Origin: Deltaproteobacteria bacterium
GTDB taxonomy: Bacteria > Desulfobacterota > Binatia > Binatales > Binataceae
Reading direction: 5' to 3'
DNA length: 64,000 nt
Assembly (NCBI GenBank): GCA_021794015.1
Contig: JAJYRQ010000001.1
Coordinates: 39,448-103,447 of the forward strand
Position numbers and translations under genes: made by a program
The notes under the pieces: model-generated
What the model was told of the DNA's origin: nothing
The model's input: the letters and a program-made list of their open reading frames with translations, nothing else
Database searches by the model: none
Shown: piece by piece, positions 1-10,734 of the stretch
How positions within the stretch are numbered: the first letter of the stretch is position 1
How the letters are laid out: every line of letters starts with the position of its first letter

Positions 1-187
1 GTGTCCCTGTTTAGCTTCGGAGACGGGCGGAAGTCCGACCGCGCGAGGGTCTCTGCGGGTCGTTGCTTGCACGACCGCGGGGAGTTTTCAGGCGCCTCCT
101 TCCCGGAGCGCCGCACTCGGCGGGTTCCATAGTTCTGCGACCGTAGACCCGAAGTTGAGGTGTGACGAGAAGGGCTAGGTTTGAGCC

Positions 188-700
188 ATGAACCGATTTT
201 TCCTGGGGCTGGCGGCGGTTTTGCTGGTAAGCGGCCTGGGGGTGGTCGCATTCTCCCAGCGGCCTTGGCTGCCGCTGGAGAATGTCGAGCAGCCGGTTCC
301 GTTCAGCCACCGGGTCCACGCTGGCGTGAACAAGATTCCGTGTCAGTACTGTCACGAGTATGCCCGCCGCTCCCGGACCTCGGGCGTGCCTCCGGTGCAG
401 CGCTGCGTGGGTTGCCATGGCAGCGCGGTCTCGGGAGGCTTGCTGCCGATCACCAGGCCGTGGGCCGATCACGGTCATCCGAGCTTTGAAATTCGCTGGA
501 ATCGGGTTTACACGCTGCCTGATTTCGTTAAATTTACCCATCGACCTCACATCAACGCCGGCTTGGCCTGCCAGACCTGCCACGGCCCGGTCGAGACGAT
601 GGATCGGCTGGTGCCCGTCTATGAAATCAACATGGGCTTCTGCCTGGATTGCCATAATAAGCGCGGCGCCACCCAGGATTGCGAGGTCTGCCATCACTAA
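188..700 (+). CDS. actA: Alternative Complex III subunit ActA, membrane-anchored pentaheme cytochrome c
   Basis: 170-aa ORF with an N-terminal TM helix and five CxxCH motifs (CQYCH, CVGCH, CQTCH, CLDCH, CEVCH). First gene of an actABCDF-like operon. Confidence 0.8.
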   Translation: MNRFFLGLAAVLLVSGLGVVAFSQRPWLPLENVEQPVPFSHRVHAGVNKIPCQYCHEYARRSRTSGVPPVQRCVGCHGSAVSGGLLPITRPWADHGHPSFEIRWNRVYTLPDFVKFTHRPHINAGLACQTCHGPVETMDRLVPVYEINMGFCLDCHNKRGATQDCEVCHH

Positions 701-715
701 CCGAGGACCAGAGTA

Positions 716-3667
716 ATGGCTGAGGGGCTGTCTCGACGGTCGTTCATCAAGCTGGCTGCCACCGCGTCGGTGGCGGCGTTGCCGGGGTGCGAGCCGGCCG
801 CGCGCAAGCTTATTCCGTACGTCGTACCGGACGATAACGTGATTCCGGGCGTGCCGGCCTTCTATGCAACGGTCTGTGCCGAGTGCAGTGCCGGATGCGG
901 CGTGGTGGCGCGCGTGCGCGAGGGACGAGTCGTCAAGCTGGAAGGCAACCCGGTCGATCCCATCAGCCAGGGAGCGCTTTGCGCACGCGGACAAGCCGCG
1001 CTGCAGGGACTTTACAACCCCGACCGACTGGGCGCCCCGATGCTGCGGCGCAAGGACGGAACGCTGGAAGCTGTCTCCTGGGACAAGGCGCTCGGTCTGC
1101 TCGACGAGCGGCTGCAGGCGGCGGCAAAAAAAGGCGCGAACCGCGTAGCTTATTTTGGCAGCCGGCAAGGCCCGACGCTCGACAAACTTGCCCGGCTCTG
1201 GCTTTCGGCCTGGGGTTCGAACCGGCTCATCGCCTACGAAGCGCTCAACGACGAGGCCGAACGGGCCGCAGCCAAAGCCTGTTTCGGGCGTACTGACCTG
1301 CCGGTCTACCGGATCGACCAGGCCGAAGCGTTGGTTTCATTTGGCGCCGATTTTCTCGAGACCTGGGGCTCGCCGGTGGAATACGCCCGCCAGTACGCGG
1401 CTTTCCGCGCACCGCGCCCGCTTCATGGCGGAACCGTCGTGGGCCGCTCCGCCTACGTTGGCCCACGCCTTAGCATGACCGCAGCCAAGTGCGACCAATG
1501 GGTTGCGGCCAGGCCGGGCACCGAGGGGCTGGTCGCGCTCGGCGTGCTCAATGTGCTGGTGAACCAAGGTTGGCTGCCTCATGACTCGGGAGTCGACCTC
1601 GAGGCGCTGCGCGGTTTGGTGGGCATGTATACGCCGGCTGCGATCGCCGGGCGCTGCGGCGTTGAGGCCAAGGCCATCGTCCGGCTGGGCGAGCTCTTCG
1701 GTCAGGCACACAGCGCGGTTGCGCTGGCCGGCACTGACGACCCAACCGCCCATATCGGCGCCTTGATCCTGAACACCGTTACCGGGAACCTCGGCCGCAC
1801 GGTGGTCTTTACCGACGCCGGCCCACCGCCCCCGCCGACCACCGGCCGGGCCGAGGTGGAAGCGCAAGTCGCCGCGATGAAGGCGGCCGAGGTGGATGTC
1901 GTCGTCGTGGCCGGCGCCAATCCGATCTACGCGATGCCGGCTTCGGCCGGGGTGGCCGAGGCGCTGGCCCGGGTGCCGTTGGTCGTCTGGATGGGCCAGG
2001 TCCCTGACGAGACGGCCGCTTATGCCGGCCTGCTGCTGCCGATCGACCATCCGCTGGAGAGCTGGCACGACGTGATGCCGCGGGCAGGTAACTACGGCCT
2101 GGGTCAGCCGGTGATGCAGCGGGTTTTTCCGACGATGGCGCTGGGCGATCTGCTCATCCGCTCGGCGCGGGCCGGAGGGCTCGGCCCCAAGGAACTTCCC
2201 TGGCAGGACGCTTCGCAGGCGGTTGCGGCGAGCTGGCAGGAGTTACGCGCTCGTTACCAGCCCTCGCAAAGCGCCGATGATTTCTGGACCTCGGTGCGCC
2301 GCCATGGCGGACTTTTCCTGCAGCCGGGTACGGCCGGCGTCAAGCTCGATCCGGCAGTGCTCAAGACCGCGCCCAATCTGCCCGAGCCGGCCGAGTTGGT
2401 ACTGGCCGCCTTCGCCCATCCCTTCTTCTTCGACGGGCGGGGAGCGGACAAGCCCTGGTTGCAGGAAATCCCGGAGCCGGTGACCCAGGTCGTATGGAAC
2501 AGTTGGGCCGAGATTCATCCCGAGACCGCGCGCCAGCTTGGGCTTACCGGCCGGGCCAGCCAGCTTTGGCTCTCGGCCGAGGTCGACGTTCTTGAGATCG
2601 CGTCGAGCCAGGGGCGCGTCGAGCTGCCGGTTTACATCGCCCAGACCGTGCGGCCGGGCGTGATCGCCGCACCGCTCGGACAGGGCCACAGCGCCTACGG
2701 GCGCTACGCCCGGGGGCGCGGCGCCAACCTGTTCCAGCTTTTGCCCGCCGGCGCGCTCAGCGTCGCGGTCAAGGCGCGGCCCACCGGAAAGAAGCAACGC
2801 CTGGTCTCGCCGCTCGGCAAAAGCGAAATGATGGGCCGCGCCCTCGTCGAGGCGATAAGTGTCGAGGAGCTCGCGCGCGGCGTGGCGCCGCGCCCCGAGG
2901 CGCCCGAGGCTCCCGAACCTCACGAGTTCTACGCCCCGTTCAAGTACCCCGTCCACCAGTGGGGCATGACGATCGACGTCAACGCCTGCACCGGATGCAG
3001 CGCCTGCGTGGCGGCCTGTTACGCCGAGAACAACGTGCCGGTGGTGGGAGAGGAAGGCGTCGAGCGCGGGCGAATCATGTCCTGGATCCGGATCGAGCGC
3101 TTTTTCCCGGCCCAGGAGAAGGCCGGCCACGCGCCTCTGCTCTACCTGATGCCGATGCTTTGCCAGCAGTGCGATCACGCGCCGTGCGAGCCGGTCTGCC
3201 CGGTTTTCGCCGCGGTCCATACCGAGGAAGGGCTCAACGGGCAGATTTACAACCGTTGCGTCGGGACCCGTTACTGCGAGAACAACTGCCCCTACAAGGT
3301 GCGCCGCTTCAACTGGTTTGCCCCCCAGTGGCCGGCGCCGCTGGATCTGCAGCTTAACCCCGACGTGACCGTGCGCGGCGCCGGCGTGATGGAGAAGTGC
3401 ACCTTCTGCTTCCAGCGCATCCGGCACGCCGAGATTACCGCCAAGCTGGAGAATCGGCCGGTGCGCGACGGCGAGATTGTCCCCGCCTGCGCTCAGAGCT
3501 GCCCCAGCAAAGCCATCAGCTTCGGAGACATGAATGAACCGCAAAGCGCCATGATGCGCCGGCGCGCCGACCACCGGCTGCGCAACTACGCGGCGCTTGC
3601 CGAACTGAACACGCGGCCGGCAATCACCTACCTGCGCGCGGTTTATCACGGGAAGGGGAAAGCCTAA
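716..3667 (+). CDS. actB: ACIII subunit ActB (fused B1/B2): molybdopterin-oxidoreductase-like domain plus 4Fe-4S ferredoxin domain, with a Tat signal
   Basis: 983 aa. N-terminal twin-arginine motif RRSFIKLAA. Multiple Cys clusters ([34 protein letters not shown]) typical of the NrfC/PsrB-like iron-sulfur domain. Size and operon position match ActB. Confidence 0.85.
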   Translation: MAEGLSRRSFIKLAATASVAALPGCEPAARKLIPYVVPDDNVIPGVPAFYATVCAECSAGCGVVARVREGRVVKLEGNPVDPISQGALCARGQAALQGLYNPDRLGAPMLRRKDGTLEAVSWDKALGLLDERLQAAAKKGANRVAYFGSRQGPTLDKLARLWLSAWGSNRLIAYEALNDEAERAAAKACFGRTDLPVYRIDQAEALVSFGADFLETWGSPVEYARQYAAFRAPRPLHGGTVVGRSAYVGPRLSMTAAKCDQWVAARPGTEGLVALGVLNVLVNQGWLPHDSGVDLEALRGLVGMYTPAAIAGRCGVEAKAIVRLGELFGQAHSAVALAGTDDPTAHIGALILNTVTGNLGRTVVFTDAGPPPPPTTGRAEVEAQVAAMKAAEVDVVVVAGANPIYAMPASAGVAEALARVPLVVWMGQVPDETAAYAGLLLPIDHPLESWHDVMPRAGNYGLGQPVMQRVFPTMALGDLLIRSARAGGLGPKELPWQDASQAVAASWQELRARYQPSQSADDFWTSVRRHGGLFLQPGTAGVKLDPAVLKTAPNLPEPAELVLAAFAHPFFFDGRGADKPWLQEIPEPVTQVVWNSWAEIHPETARQLGLTGRASQLWLSAEVDVLEIASSQGRVELPVYIAQTVRPGVIAAPLGQGHSAYGRYARGRGANLFQLLPAGALSVAVKARPTGKKQRLVSPLGKSEMMGRALVEAISVEELARGVAPRPEAPEAPEPHEFYAPFKYPVHQWGMTIDVNACTGCSACVAACYAENNVPVVGEEGVERGRIMSWIRIERFFPAQEKAGHAPLLYLMPMLCQQCDHAPCEPVCPVFAAVHTEEGLNGQIYNRCVGTRYCENNCPYKVRRFNWFAPQWPAPLDLQLNPDVTVRGAGVMEKCTFCFQRIRHAEITAKLENRPVRDGEIVPACAQSCPSKAISFGDMNEPQSAMMRRRADHRLRNYAALAELNTRPAITYLRAVYHGKGKA

Positions 3668-5026
3668 GTGGCAGCGGCAGCAAAGTCGGTTTTTGAACCA
3701 GACTACGGCGATGTCGACCGCGGCGTGCTCAGCGTCATGGCGCCGCCGGGCATCCGATACTGGCTCTGGGTCGGGTTTCTGGCGGCGCTGGTTCTGGTGG
3801 GCGGCGCCACCTGGACCAACCAGGTTTACCGCGGCCTCGGGGTGACCGGCCTGACGCAGCCCACGATGTGGGCGGTCTATATCACCAACTTCGTCTTCTG
3901 GGTCGGGATTGCGCACTCGGGCACGCTCATCTCGGCGATTCTCTACCTTTTCCGCACCCGCTGGCGTACCGCGGTCTACCGCTGCGCCGAGACGATGACG
4001 GTGTTCGCGGTGACGACTGCGGGCCTGTTCCCGATAGTCCATCTCGGGCGCCCCTGGTTTTTCTACTTTCTGGCTCCCTACCCGAACGAGCGGTCGCTGC
4101 AGCCCGATTTTCGCTCGCCGCTGGTGTGGGACTTCTTCGCGATCAGCACCTACCTCACCATCAGCTCGCTTTTCCTCTTTATGGGGCTGATTCCCGACCT
4201 GGCCAACGCGCGGGAGGCGAGCAGCGGCTGGCGGCGCAAGTTTTACGGGCTGTTGTCGCTCGGCTGGCATGGGACCGACGAGCAGTGGCGCAATTTCTCG
4301 ATGGCCTACCTGCTGATGGCGGGATTGGCGACGCCGCTGGTGCTGTCGGTCCACAGCGTGGTGTCGTTCGACTTCGCGATGGCGCAGTTGCCGGGCTGGC
4401 ACAGCACGATCTTTCCGCCCTACTTTGTGGCCGGGGCGATCTTTTCGGGATGCGCGATGGTGCTGACGCTCATCATTCCGCTGCGCAAGATCATGGGCGT
4501 GGAGAACCTGGTCACCGCGTGGCACCTGGACAACCTGGCTAAAATCATTCTGTTGACCTCGCTGATAATGAGCTACTCCTACGCCTGCGAGTCGTTCCTC
4601 GTCTGGTACGCCAAGGACCCGATCGAGCTGGAGACCTTCTACATGCGTTACTACGGCCCGCAGGGATGGATTTTCTGGCTCATGATTTTCTGCAACTGCG
4701 TCATACCGCTGCTGCTGTTCTCGCCGCGGGTGCGGCGCAGCATGGTGACCCTGTTCATCATCTCGCTGTTCGTCAACGTAGGGATGTGGAGCGAGCGGTT
4801 CGTCATTGTCGAGGGCTCCTTGGCGGCGAGCTTTGAGCCGTCGCAGTGGCGCTACTGGCATGCCTCGTTCACCGAGGTAACGATAACGGTGGCAAGCTTC
4901 GGCTGGTTCCTGATGTGGTTTTCGCTCTTTGCCCGCTTCATGCCGATTGTCTCGATGACCGAGCTCAAAGAAGGGCTGGGCTGGCTTAGGCAGGCGATTC
5001 GGGACAGCTACTCGAGGGCGGCATGA
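3668..5026 (+). CDS. actC: ACIII subunit ActC, NrfD/PsrC-like polytopic membrane quinol-binding subunit
   Basis: 452 aa, highly hydrophobic with many TM segments. Starts immediately after the actB stop. Overlaps actD by 4 bp. Confidence 0.8.
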   Translation: MAAAAKSVFEPDYGDVDRGVLSVMAPPGIRYWLWVGFLAALVLVGGATWTNQVYRGLGVTGLTQPTMWAVYITNFVFWVGIAHSGTLISAILYLFRTRWRTAVYRCAETMTVFAVTTAGLFPIVHLGRPWFFYFLAPYPNERSLQPDFRSPLVWDFFAISTYLTISSLFLFMGLIPDLANAREASSGWRRKFYGLLSLGWHGTDEQWRNFSMAYLLMAGLATPLVLSVHSVVSFDFAMAQLPGWHSTIFPPYFVAGAIFSGCAMVLTLIIPLRKIMGVENLVTAWHLDNLAKIILLTSLIMSYSYACESFLVWYAKDPIELETFYMRYYGPQGWIFWLMIFCNCVIPLLLFSPRVRRSMVTLFIISLFVNVGMWSERFVIVEGSLAASFEPSQWRYWHASFTEVTITVASFGWFLMWFSLFARFMPIVSMTELKEGLGWLRQAIRDSYSRAA

Positions 5027-5544
5027 ACGGCGAGTTGGAACTGCTTGCCTCTTTTGCAGAGGAGCGCCAGGCGGCCGGCGCCGTCGCGGCGCTGCGCCGG
5101 GCGCAGGCGGACGACATCCGGGTCTTCGCGCCGATCCCGAGCGAGCACGTCGAAGAGGCGTTCGAGCGCCGCAAAAGCCGGGTCCGGCTGTGGGTCCTGC
5201 TGGGCGGGATAGCCGGCGCGCTAAGCGGCCTTGCGATTACCATCGGCACCTCCCTGGAATGGAACCTGGTGGCGGGCGGCAAGCCGATTGTGTCGCTGCC
5301 GCCGTATATTATCATCACTTTCGAGATGATGGTGCTTTTGGGGGGGATTTCGGGCGTGCTGGGTTTTTTCTTTCATAGCCGGCTTCCCGCCCTGGAGTCG
5401 CAGCGCGGCTTCAACTCCCGCTTCGCGCAGGACCACTTCGGCGTGTTGGTTCGTTGCGCGGCCTCCGACGGCGACCGGCTGGAAGGGTTGTTGCGCGAGG
5501 CCGGAGCGCTGGCCGTCGAGCGGGTGGGCGCCGCGGCGGCCTAG
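5023..5544 (+). CDS. actD: ACIII subunit ActD (DUF3341-like small membrane subunit)
   Basis: 173 aa with a soluble N-terminus followed by two TM helices (LWVLLGGIAGALSGLAI..., IIITFEMMVLLGGISGVLGFFF). Operon position matches ActD. Confidence 0.7.
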   Translation: MNGELELLASFAEERQAAGAVAALRRAQADDIRVFAPIPSEHVEEAFERRKSRVRLWVLLGGIAGALSGLAITIGTSLEWNLVAGGKPIVSLPPYIIITFEMMVLLGGISGVLGFFFHSRLPALESQRGFNSRFAQDHFGVLVRCAASDGDRLEGLLREAGALAVERVGAAAA

Positions 5545-5581
5545 AGGACACACTCCTTGCGAGCGAGCAGGCGGAGCTAAG

Positions 5582-6853
5582 ATGACGTCCCATCCTGAAA
5601 CTTTTCGACAACCCGGGCCCGCCGCCGGGGCGGCTCCCTTCGCGGCGCAGCAGTCTGCGCTTGAGGGCTTGCGGATGCCGGCCGGTGCGCTGGTGGTGGT
5701 GGGAGTGCTGGGTTTTGCCGCGGCCCTGGCGCTGGGCGACCGGGCACGCGCCTGGCAGGCGTTTTTGGTGAACCTCCTTTACTTCATGGGGATTGCCCAG
5801 GCCGCGGTGGCGGGTTCGGCCGCCTTTTACCTGACCCAGGGGCGATGGGCTGGGACGGCGCACTTTCGGCTGGCCGAGGCGTTTGCCAATTTTATTCCGG
5901 TGGGTTTTGTACTGTTCTGGGGCCTTTACTTTGGCCGGCGGGAGCTTTTCCCCTGGGTTCTCCATCCGGTGCCCGACAAGGCGGCGTGGCTCAATGTGCC
6001 GTTTTTGTTTACCCGCGACGGTCTGGCTCTGGCGGTGTTGACGGTTCTAAGCTTTTACTTCCTGCGGCTGTCGCGAGCGCAGGAGGCCGCGCGCTGGAGT
6101 GCTTCGCCCCAGGACATCGTGCTGCCGCCGGCGGGGATTCGCCGGCTGGCGCCGGCGGTGGCCATCTGTTACGTTGTGGTCTACACGCTGCTTGCCTTCG
6201 ACCTTGTGATGTCGCTGGCGCCGCTTTGGCGCAGCACGCTTTTCGGCTGGTATTTTGTTGCGGGCTCTTTCTGGAGCGCTTTGGTTGCGATGTCGTTTAC
6301 CGCGGTGCTGCTCGGCCGTTATCTTGGTCCCGGGTCGGTGTTTGAGCAGCGCCGGGTCTTCCATGACCTCGGCAAGTTGATCTTTGCCTTTTCGATCTTC
6401 TGGGTTTATCTGGTCTTCGCACAGTACATCGTCATTTGGTACGGCGACATCCCGGTGGAGACCTTTTTCATCATCCGCCGCGCCAATCTGATGCCGTGGG
6501 CGGCGCTGGCGTGGACGGTGCTGCTGCTGGTCTGGGGGCTGCCGTTTTTTGTGCTGCTGGGGCGCAAGCCCAAGGAGACGCCGGCCATTTTGGGCACGAT
6601 CTGCCTACTCGGGCTCGTCGGTATCTGGCTGGAGCGTTACGTGCTGGTGGTGCCTTCGTTGTCGCCGGAGACGGTCCCGTTCGGCTGGGTCGAGCTGGCG
6701 GTGAGCGCCGGCTTTCTCGGCCTTTTCACTTTGTGCGCTCTGCCGGGGCTTAGACGGGTATGCGAGGCGGCCTGGCCCGCCGGGATCGAGGCTGGCGAGC
6801 GGGTGGAGGCGGCGGCGCCCGAGGCACACCTGGGCGCTGGAGCAGGCCGATGA
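5582..6853 (+). CDS. actF: ACIII subunit ActF (second NrfD-like membrane subunit)
   Basis: 423 aa polytopic membrane protein, paralogous in character to ActC. Contains no CxxCH, so it is not ActE. Its stop overlaps the coxB start (ATGA). Confidence 0.7.
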   Translation: MTSHPETFRQPGPAAGAAPFAAQQSALEGLRMPAGALVVVGVLGFAAALALGDRARAWQAFLVNLLYFMGIAQAAVAGSAAFYLTQGRWAGTAHFRLAEAFANFIPVGFVLFWGLYFGRRELFPWVLHPVPDKAAWLNVPFLFTRDGLALAVLTVLSFYFLRLSRAQEAARWSASPQDIVLPPAGIRRLAPAVAICYVVVYTLLAFDLVMSLAPLWRSTLFGWYFVAGSFWSALVAMSFTAVLLGRYLGPGSVFEQRRVFHDLGKLIFAFSIFWVYLVFAQYIVIWYGDIPVETFFIIRRANLMPWAALAWTVLLLVWGLPFFVLLGRKPKETPAILGTICLLGLVGIWLERYVLVVPSLSPETVPFGWVELAVSAGFLGLFTLCALPGLRRVCEAAWPAGIEAGERVEAAAPEAHLGAGAGR

Positions 6854-7890
6854 ACCGGCGGTTTGGGGCTCGCTGGCTCTTGTGGTGCGCGCTGCTTCTG
6901 TTTTCGGGCGCGACCGAGGCCGCCGCGCGCAGCTATCCGATGGACACGATGGCGCCTCGCTCCGACCTGGCCGAGCTGATCCAGTCGGTCTACGTGCAGG
7001 TTACGCTGTGGGACTTGCTGGTGCTCGTGGTCGTTATTGTTGCGCTTTTCCTGGCGATCTTCTGGTTTTCGACCAGGTTTGGGGAGCCGGGCGAGGAGCC
7101 CGTCCAGTTCCACTCGCATATGGGTCTCGAGGTCGCCTGGACGGCCGGACCGATCCTGATCCTGGTGCTGATTACGGTGCCGACGGTGCGCGCGGTCTTC
7201 AACACCCAGCCCTATCACTGGCCTAAAGAGGCCCTCACCGTGCGGGTGATCGCTCACCAGTGGTGGTGGGAGTTCCGCTACCCCTCGCTGGGCGCGCAGA
7301 CGGCCAACGAAGTGCACATTCCGGCCGACCGGATGATCCACTTCGAGCTCGAATCGGCGGACGTCATCCACAGCTTCTGGATGCCGGCGCTCGGCGGCAA
7401 GCGGGATGTCGTGCCGGGGCAGATAAACCAGATTACCCTGGTCGCCAAGGTGCCCGGCGAGTATTACGGCCAGTGCGCCGAGTTTTGCGGCGCTTCGCAT
7501 GCCAACATGCGCTTTCGCGTCTTCGTCGACACCGCCGAGGGTTTCCAGCGCTGGGTTGCCGACCAGCTCAAGCCTCCGGTGATGCCGGCCTCCGGGCTGG
7601 CCTCCGAAGGCGCCCGGATTTACCAGAACGCCCCTTGCGCAATTTGCCACCGGGTCAAGGGAATATCGGGCTTCTCCAAGCAGTATGAGGGCGGTTTCCG
7701 CGGTCCGGACCTGACCCATTTTGCGGGGCGCTCAACCCTGGCCGCCGGCGTGCTGGACAACACGCCGGACAATCTTGCGACCTGGATCCAGGACCCGCAG
7801 ACGGTCAAGCCGGGCGCGCTGATGCCCCGCCTGGGACTCAAGGGTCACGAGCTGACCGCGCTGGTAGCCTACCTTGAGAGTCTTAAATAG
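6850..7890 (+). CDS. coxB: caa3-type cytochrome c oxidase subunit II with a C-terminal cytochrome c domain
   Basis: CuA motif H-x34-CAEFCGASH-x2-M. C-terminal CAICH heme-binding motif. N-terminal signal/TM segment. Start chosen at the ATG overlapping the actF stop. Confidence 0.85.
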   Translation: MNRRFGARWLLWCALLLFSGATEAAARSYPMDTMAPRSDLAELIQSVYVQVTLWDLLVLVVVIVALFLAIFWFSTRFGEPGEEPVQFHSHMGLEVAWTAGPILILVLITVPTVRAVFNTQPYHWPKEALTVRVIAHQWWWEFRYPSLGAQTANEVHIPADRMIHFELESADVIHSFWMPALGGKRDVVPGQINQITLVAKVPGEYYGQCAEFCGASHANMRFRVFVDTAEGFQRWVADQLKPPVMPASGLASEGARIYQNAPCAICHRVKGISGFSKQYEGGFRGPDLTHFAGRSTLAAGVLDNTPDNLATWIQDPQTVKPGALMPRLGLKGHELTALVAYLESLK

Positions 7891-7903
7891 AGGGGTTTAG
7901 CCG

Positions 7904-10366
7904 ATGGCTGCTCAGCCGAAAGAAATTGCCGGGCAAAGGCCCAGTTATCTTGCCGAAGGCGGTCTGGTCGGTTGGCTGACCACGATCGACCATAAGCGGG
8001 TAGCGGTGCTTTACGGCCTGAGCTCGCTTTTCTTTTTGTTCGTTGGCGGCTTCGAGGCGCTACTGGTGCGCACGCAGCTTGCCGTGCCCAACAATCACCT
8101 TCTGTCGGCCGACACTTACAACCAGATGTTCACGATGCACGGCACGACGATGATCTTCATGGTCATCATGCCGCTGGAGATTGGCTTTTTCGCCAACTTT
8201 TTGATTCCGCTGATGATCGGGGCGCGCGACGTCGCCTTTCCCCGGATAAACGCGCTGAGCTTCTGGGTCTTTATCTTCGGGGCGCTCTTCATGAACGCCG
8301 GCTGGCTGTGGCATGCGCTGCCCGACGCCGGCTGGTTTGGCTATGCCAATCTGACCGAGCGCTACTACTCGCCCGGGATGAACATCGATCTGTGGGATAT
8401 CGGGCTGCTGATCCTGGGCGTCTCGACGCTTTTGAGCGGGCTCAACTTTTTTGTGACCATCGTCAACATGCGCTGCCCGGGGATGACCTTCATGCGGATG
8501 CCGATGTTCATGTGGGCGATGCTGGTCACCACGGTTCTCATTCTGCTGGCCTTCCCGGCCCTGACGGTGGGGCTGATTTTTCTTTTCCTCGACCGTTTCA
8601 TCGGGACGCATTTTTACGTGGCGGCGCTCGGCGCCACGCCGATTTTGTGGCAGCATCTGTTCTGGATTTTCGGCCATCCCGAGGTTTACATCATGGCGCT
8701 GCCGGCCTTCGGGATAATTTCCGAAATTCTGCCGGTCTTCTCACGCAAGCCGTTGTTCGGCTACGCCGGGATGGCATACGCGCTGGTGCTGATCGCCTTT
8801 TTGTCTTACGGCGTGTGGGGCCACCACATGTTCAGCACCGGCATGGGCCCGGTGGCGGACGCGACGTTTTCGATCACCTCGATGCTGATCGCGGTGCCGA
8901 CCGGGATAAAAATCTTCAGTTGGATCGCCACGGTATGGGGCGGCAAGCTGCGCATGACCACGGCGATGTATTTCGCGCTTGCCTTCATCCTGGAGTTCAC
9001 GATCGGAGGCTTGAGCGGAGTGATGCATGCGAGCCCGCCGATCGACCTGCAGCAGACCGACTCGTACTTCATCGTTGCGCATTTCCATTACGTTCTTTTC
9101 GGCGGCATGATGTTCGCCATTCTGGGGGCGTTTTTCTACTGGTGGCCGAAGATCACGGGGCGGCTGCTGGACGAGAAGCTGGGGCGTTGGCAGTTCTGGC
9201 TGACGGTCATCGGCTTCAACGGGACCTTCTTCCCGATGCATTTTCTGGGAGTGCTCGGGATGCCGCGGCGGATTTACACCTACCCGGCGGGCATGGGCTG
9301 GACCTTCTGGAACAGTTTTGAGACGGCTTGCGCCTATCTCCTGGGAGTCGCCTTCTTGATCTTTCTGGTGAACCTGGTGCGCAGCTTGCGCTCGGAGCAG
9401 GCGGTTGGGGACGACCCGTGGGACGCGCGGACGCTGGAATGGTCGGTCGGCTCGCCGCCGCCGGCGCACAACTTTGACGATATTGTGACGGTGCGCGGCC
9501 GCGACGCCTTCTGGCTGATGAAGTACGGCTCGCACGACGCTCCCGGCCACGACAGCAGCGCCGGCGCGCGGGCGAGCGCGGCACACGCCGAGGCCGGTCA
9601 CGCGCACGTGCACCTGCCGGCGCCGTCCTGGTACCCGCTGCTCTTTGCCGCGGGGCTACTCGTGATGGGCGTGGGCGCGATGACCTGGCTTCGGGTGGTG
9701 TTCCTCGGCGCCGGACTGCTCTTGGTGTCCATCGTTGGAATGGGGTTCGAGTACGCCACCTACGGCCAGGAGACTGAAGAAAGTCGGGCGACCTTCTTTC
9801 GCGGCGTGGACAGCCGAAAGATGGGCATGTGGGCCTTTCTCGGCTCGGAATGTGTCTTTTTCGCCTGCCTCATCTCGACCTACATGGTCTACAAGGCGCG
9901 CAACCTGGGCGGCCCGGACGCGGCCGTTTTGGACATTCCCCTGACTTCGTTCAGCACGTTTGTTTTGCTGACCAGCAGCCTGTTGATGGTCCTGGCGCTG
10001 GCGGCCATCCAGCGTGGCGACCGCAAATGGTCGGCCATCTGGCTGTTCGGCACGGCCGGCTTCGGGCTTGTTTTCCTGGGCGGCCAAGTCTACGAGTTCT
10101 CCAAGCTCTACCTGGTCGAGCACCTGGCGATGCAGGACAATCTGTTCGGGCAGACTTTCTATACCCTGGTCGGCACGCATGGCACGCACGTGGCGATCGG
10201 TGTGGTCTGGCTTTTCGTGATGGCGTTTGCGGCGCTTAAGGGAAAGCTGCAACAATCGCGCAGCCTGGCCGTCGAGATTGCCGGACTCTACTGGCACTTC
10301 GTGGATATCGTCTGGATCGTGATATTCACGTTGGTCTACCTGATGAGGTCGATAAAAGAAGCATGA
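7904..10366 (+). CDS. coxA: Cytochrome c oxidase subunit I fused to subunit III (caa3-type)
   Basis: 820 aa. Subunit I signatures (WFFGHPEVY-like GHPEVYI, HFHYVLFGG) are followed by a subunit-III-like C-terminal approx. 250 aa (YWHFVDIVWIVIF). A fused I+III is known in Thermus-type caa3 oxidases. Confidence 0.85.
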   Translation: MAAQPKEIAGQRPSYLAEGGLVGWLTTIDHKRVAVLYGLSSLFFLFVGGFEALLVRTQLAVPNNHLLSADTYNQMFTMHGTTMIFMVIMPLEIGFFANFLIPLMIGARDVAFPRINALSFWVFIFGALFMNAGWLWHALPDAGWFGYANLTERYYSPGMNIDLWDIGLLILGVSTLLSGLNFFVTIVNMRCPGMTFMRMPMFMWAMLVTTVLILLAFPALTVGLIFLFLDRFIGTHFYVAALGATPILWQHLFWIFGHPEVYIMALPAFGIISEILPVFSRKPLFGYAGMAYALVLIAFLSYGVWGHHMFSTGMGPVADATFSITSMLIAVPTGIKIFSWIATVWGGKLRMTTAMYFALAFILEFTIGGLSGVMHASPPIDLQQTDSYFIVAHFHYVLFGGMMFAILGAFFYWWPKITGRLLDEKLGRWQFWLTVIGFNGTFFPMHFLGVLGMPRRIYTYPAGMGWTFWNSFETACAYLLGVAFLIFLVNLVRSLRSEQAVGDDPWDARTLEWSVGSPPPAHNFDDIVTVRGRDAFWLMKYGSHDAPGHDSSAGARASAAHAEAGHAHVHLPAPSWYPLLFAAGLLVMGVGAMTWLRVVFLGAGLLLVSIVGMGFEYATYGQETEESRATFFRGVDSRKMGMWAFLGSECVFFACLISTYMVYKARNLGGPDAAVLDIPLTSFSTFVLLTSSLLMVLALAAIQRGDRKWSAIWLFGTAGFGLVFLGGQVYEFSKLYLVEHLAMQDNLFGQTFYTLVGTHGTHVAIGVVWLFVMAFAALKGKLQQSRSLAVEIAGLYWHFVDIVWIVIFTLVYLMRSIKEA

Positions 10367-10701
10367 ACCCGCACGAGGGAGCCCAGGCGCTGGAGCACGA
10401 GCATCCGCAGGCCCCCGTCTATCTGGCGGTGGCTGTCGTTTTGACGGTGCTGACGGTGCTCGAGATCGCCGTTTTCTACGCCCCGTTTCTGCAGCCGGTG
10501 CTGGTGCCGCTGCTGATTGTGCTGGCGCTGGCGAAGTTCGTGCTGGTAGCGATGTTTTATATGCACCTGCATTACGACGCGGGCGTGTTTACCAGCCTGT
10601 TCGGCTTTCCGCTGCTGCTTGCTCTGCTGATTGGCGCCTCCTTGCTGATGCTGTTTGCCTACCTGGCCGCCCACCTGTCGCCGGTGATACCGTACCTTTA
10701 G
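10363..10701 (+). CDS. coxD: Cytochrome c oxidase subunit IV (small prokaryotic CoxD-type membrane subunit)
   Basis: 112 aa with two or three TM helices. ATGA overlap with the subunit I/III stop. Conserved position in the operon. Confidence 0.6.
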   Translation: MNPHEGAQALEHEHPQAPVYLAVAVVLTVLTVLEIAVFYAPFLQPVLVPLLIVLALAKFVLVAMFYMHLHYDAGVFTSLFGFPLLLALLIGASLLMLFAYLAAHLSPVIPYL

Positions 10702-10734
10702 GCCGGTGGCGCCGGCCGGCGCGGGAGAACGCGG

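Noticed and set aside
11-1168. 385-aa minus-strand ORF overlapping actA and the actB 5' end
   Set aside because: Arg/Ala/Pro-rich composition typical of antisense frames in high-GC DNA. It overlaps well-supported genes on the opposite strand.
2243-4861. 872-aa minus-strand ORF antisense to actB/actC
   Set aside because: Extreme Arg/His/Gly bias and no recognisable domains. It is the shadow frame of strongly supported ACIII genes.
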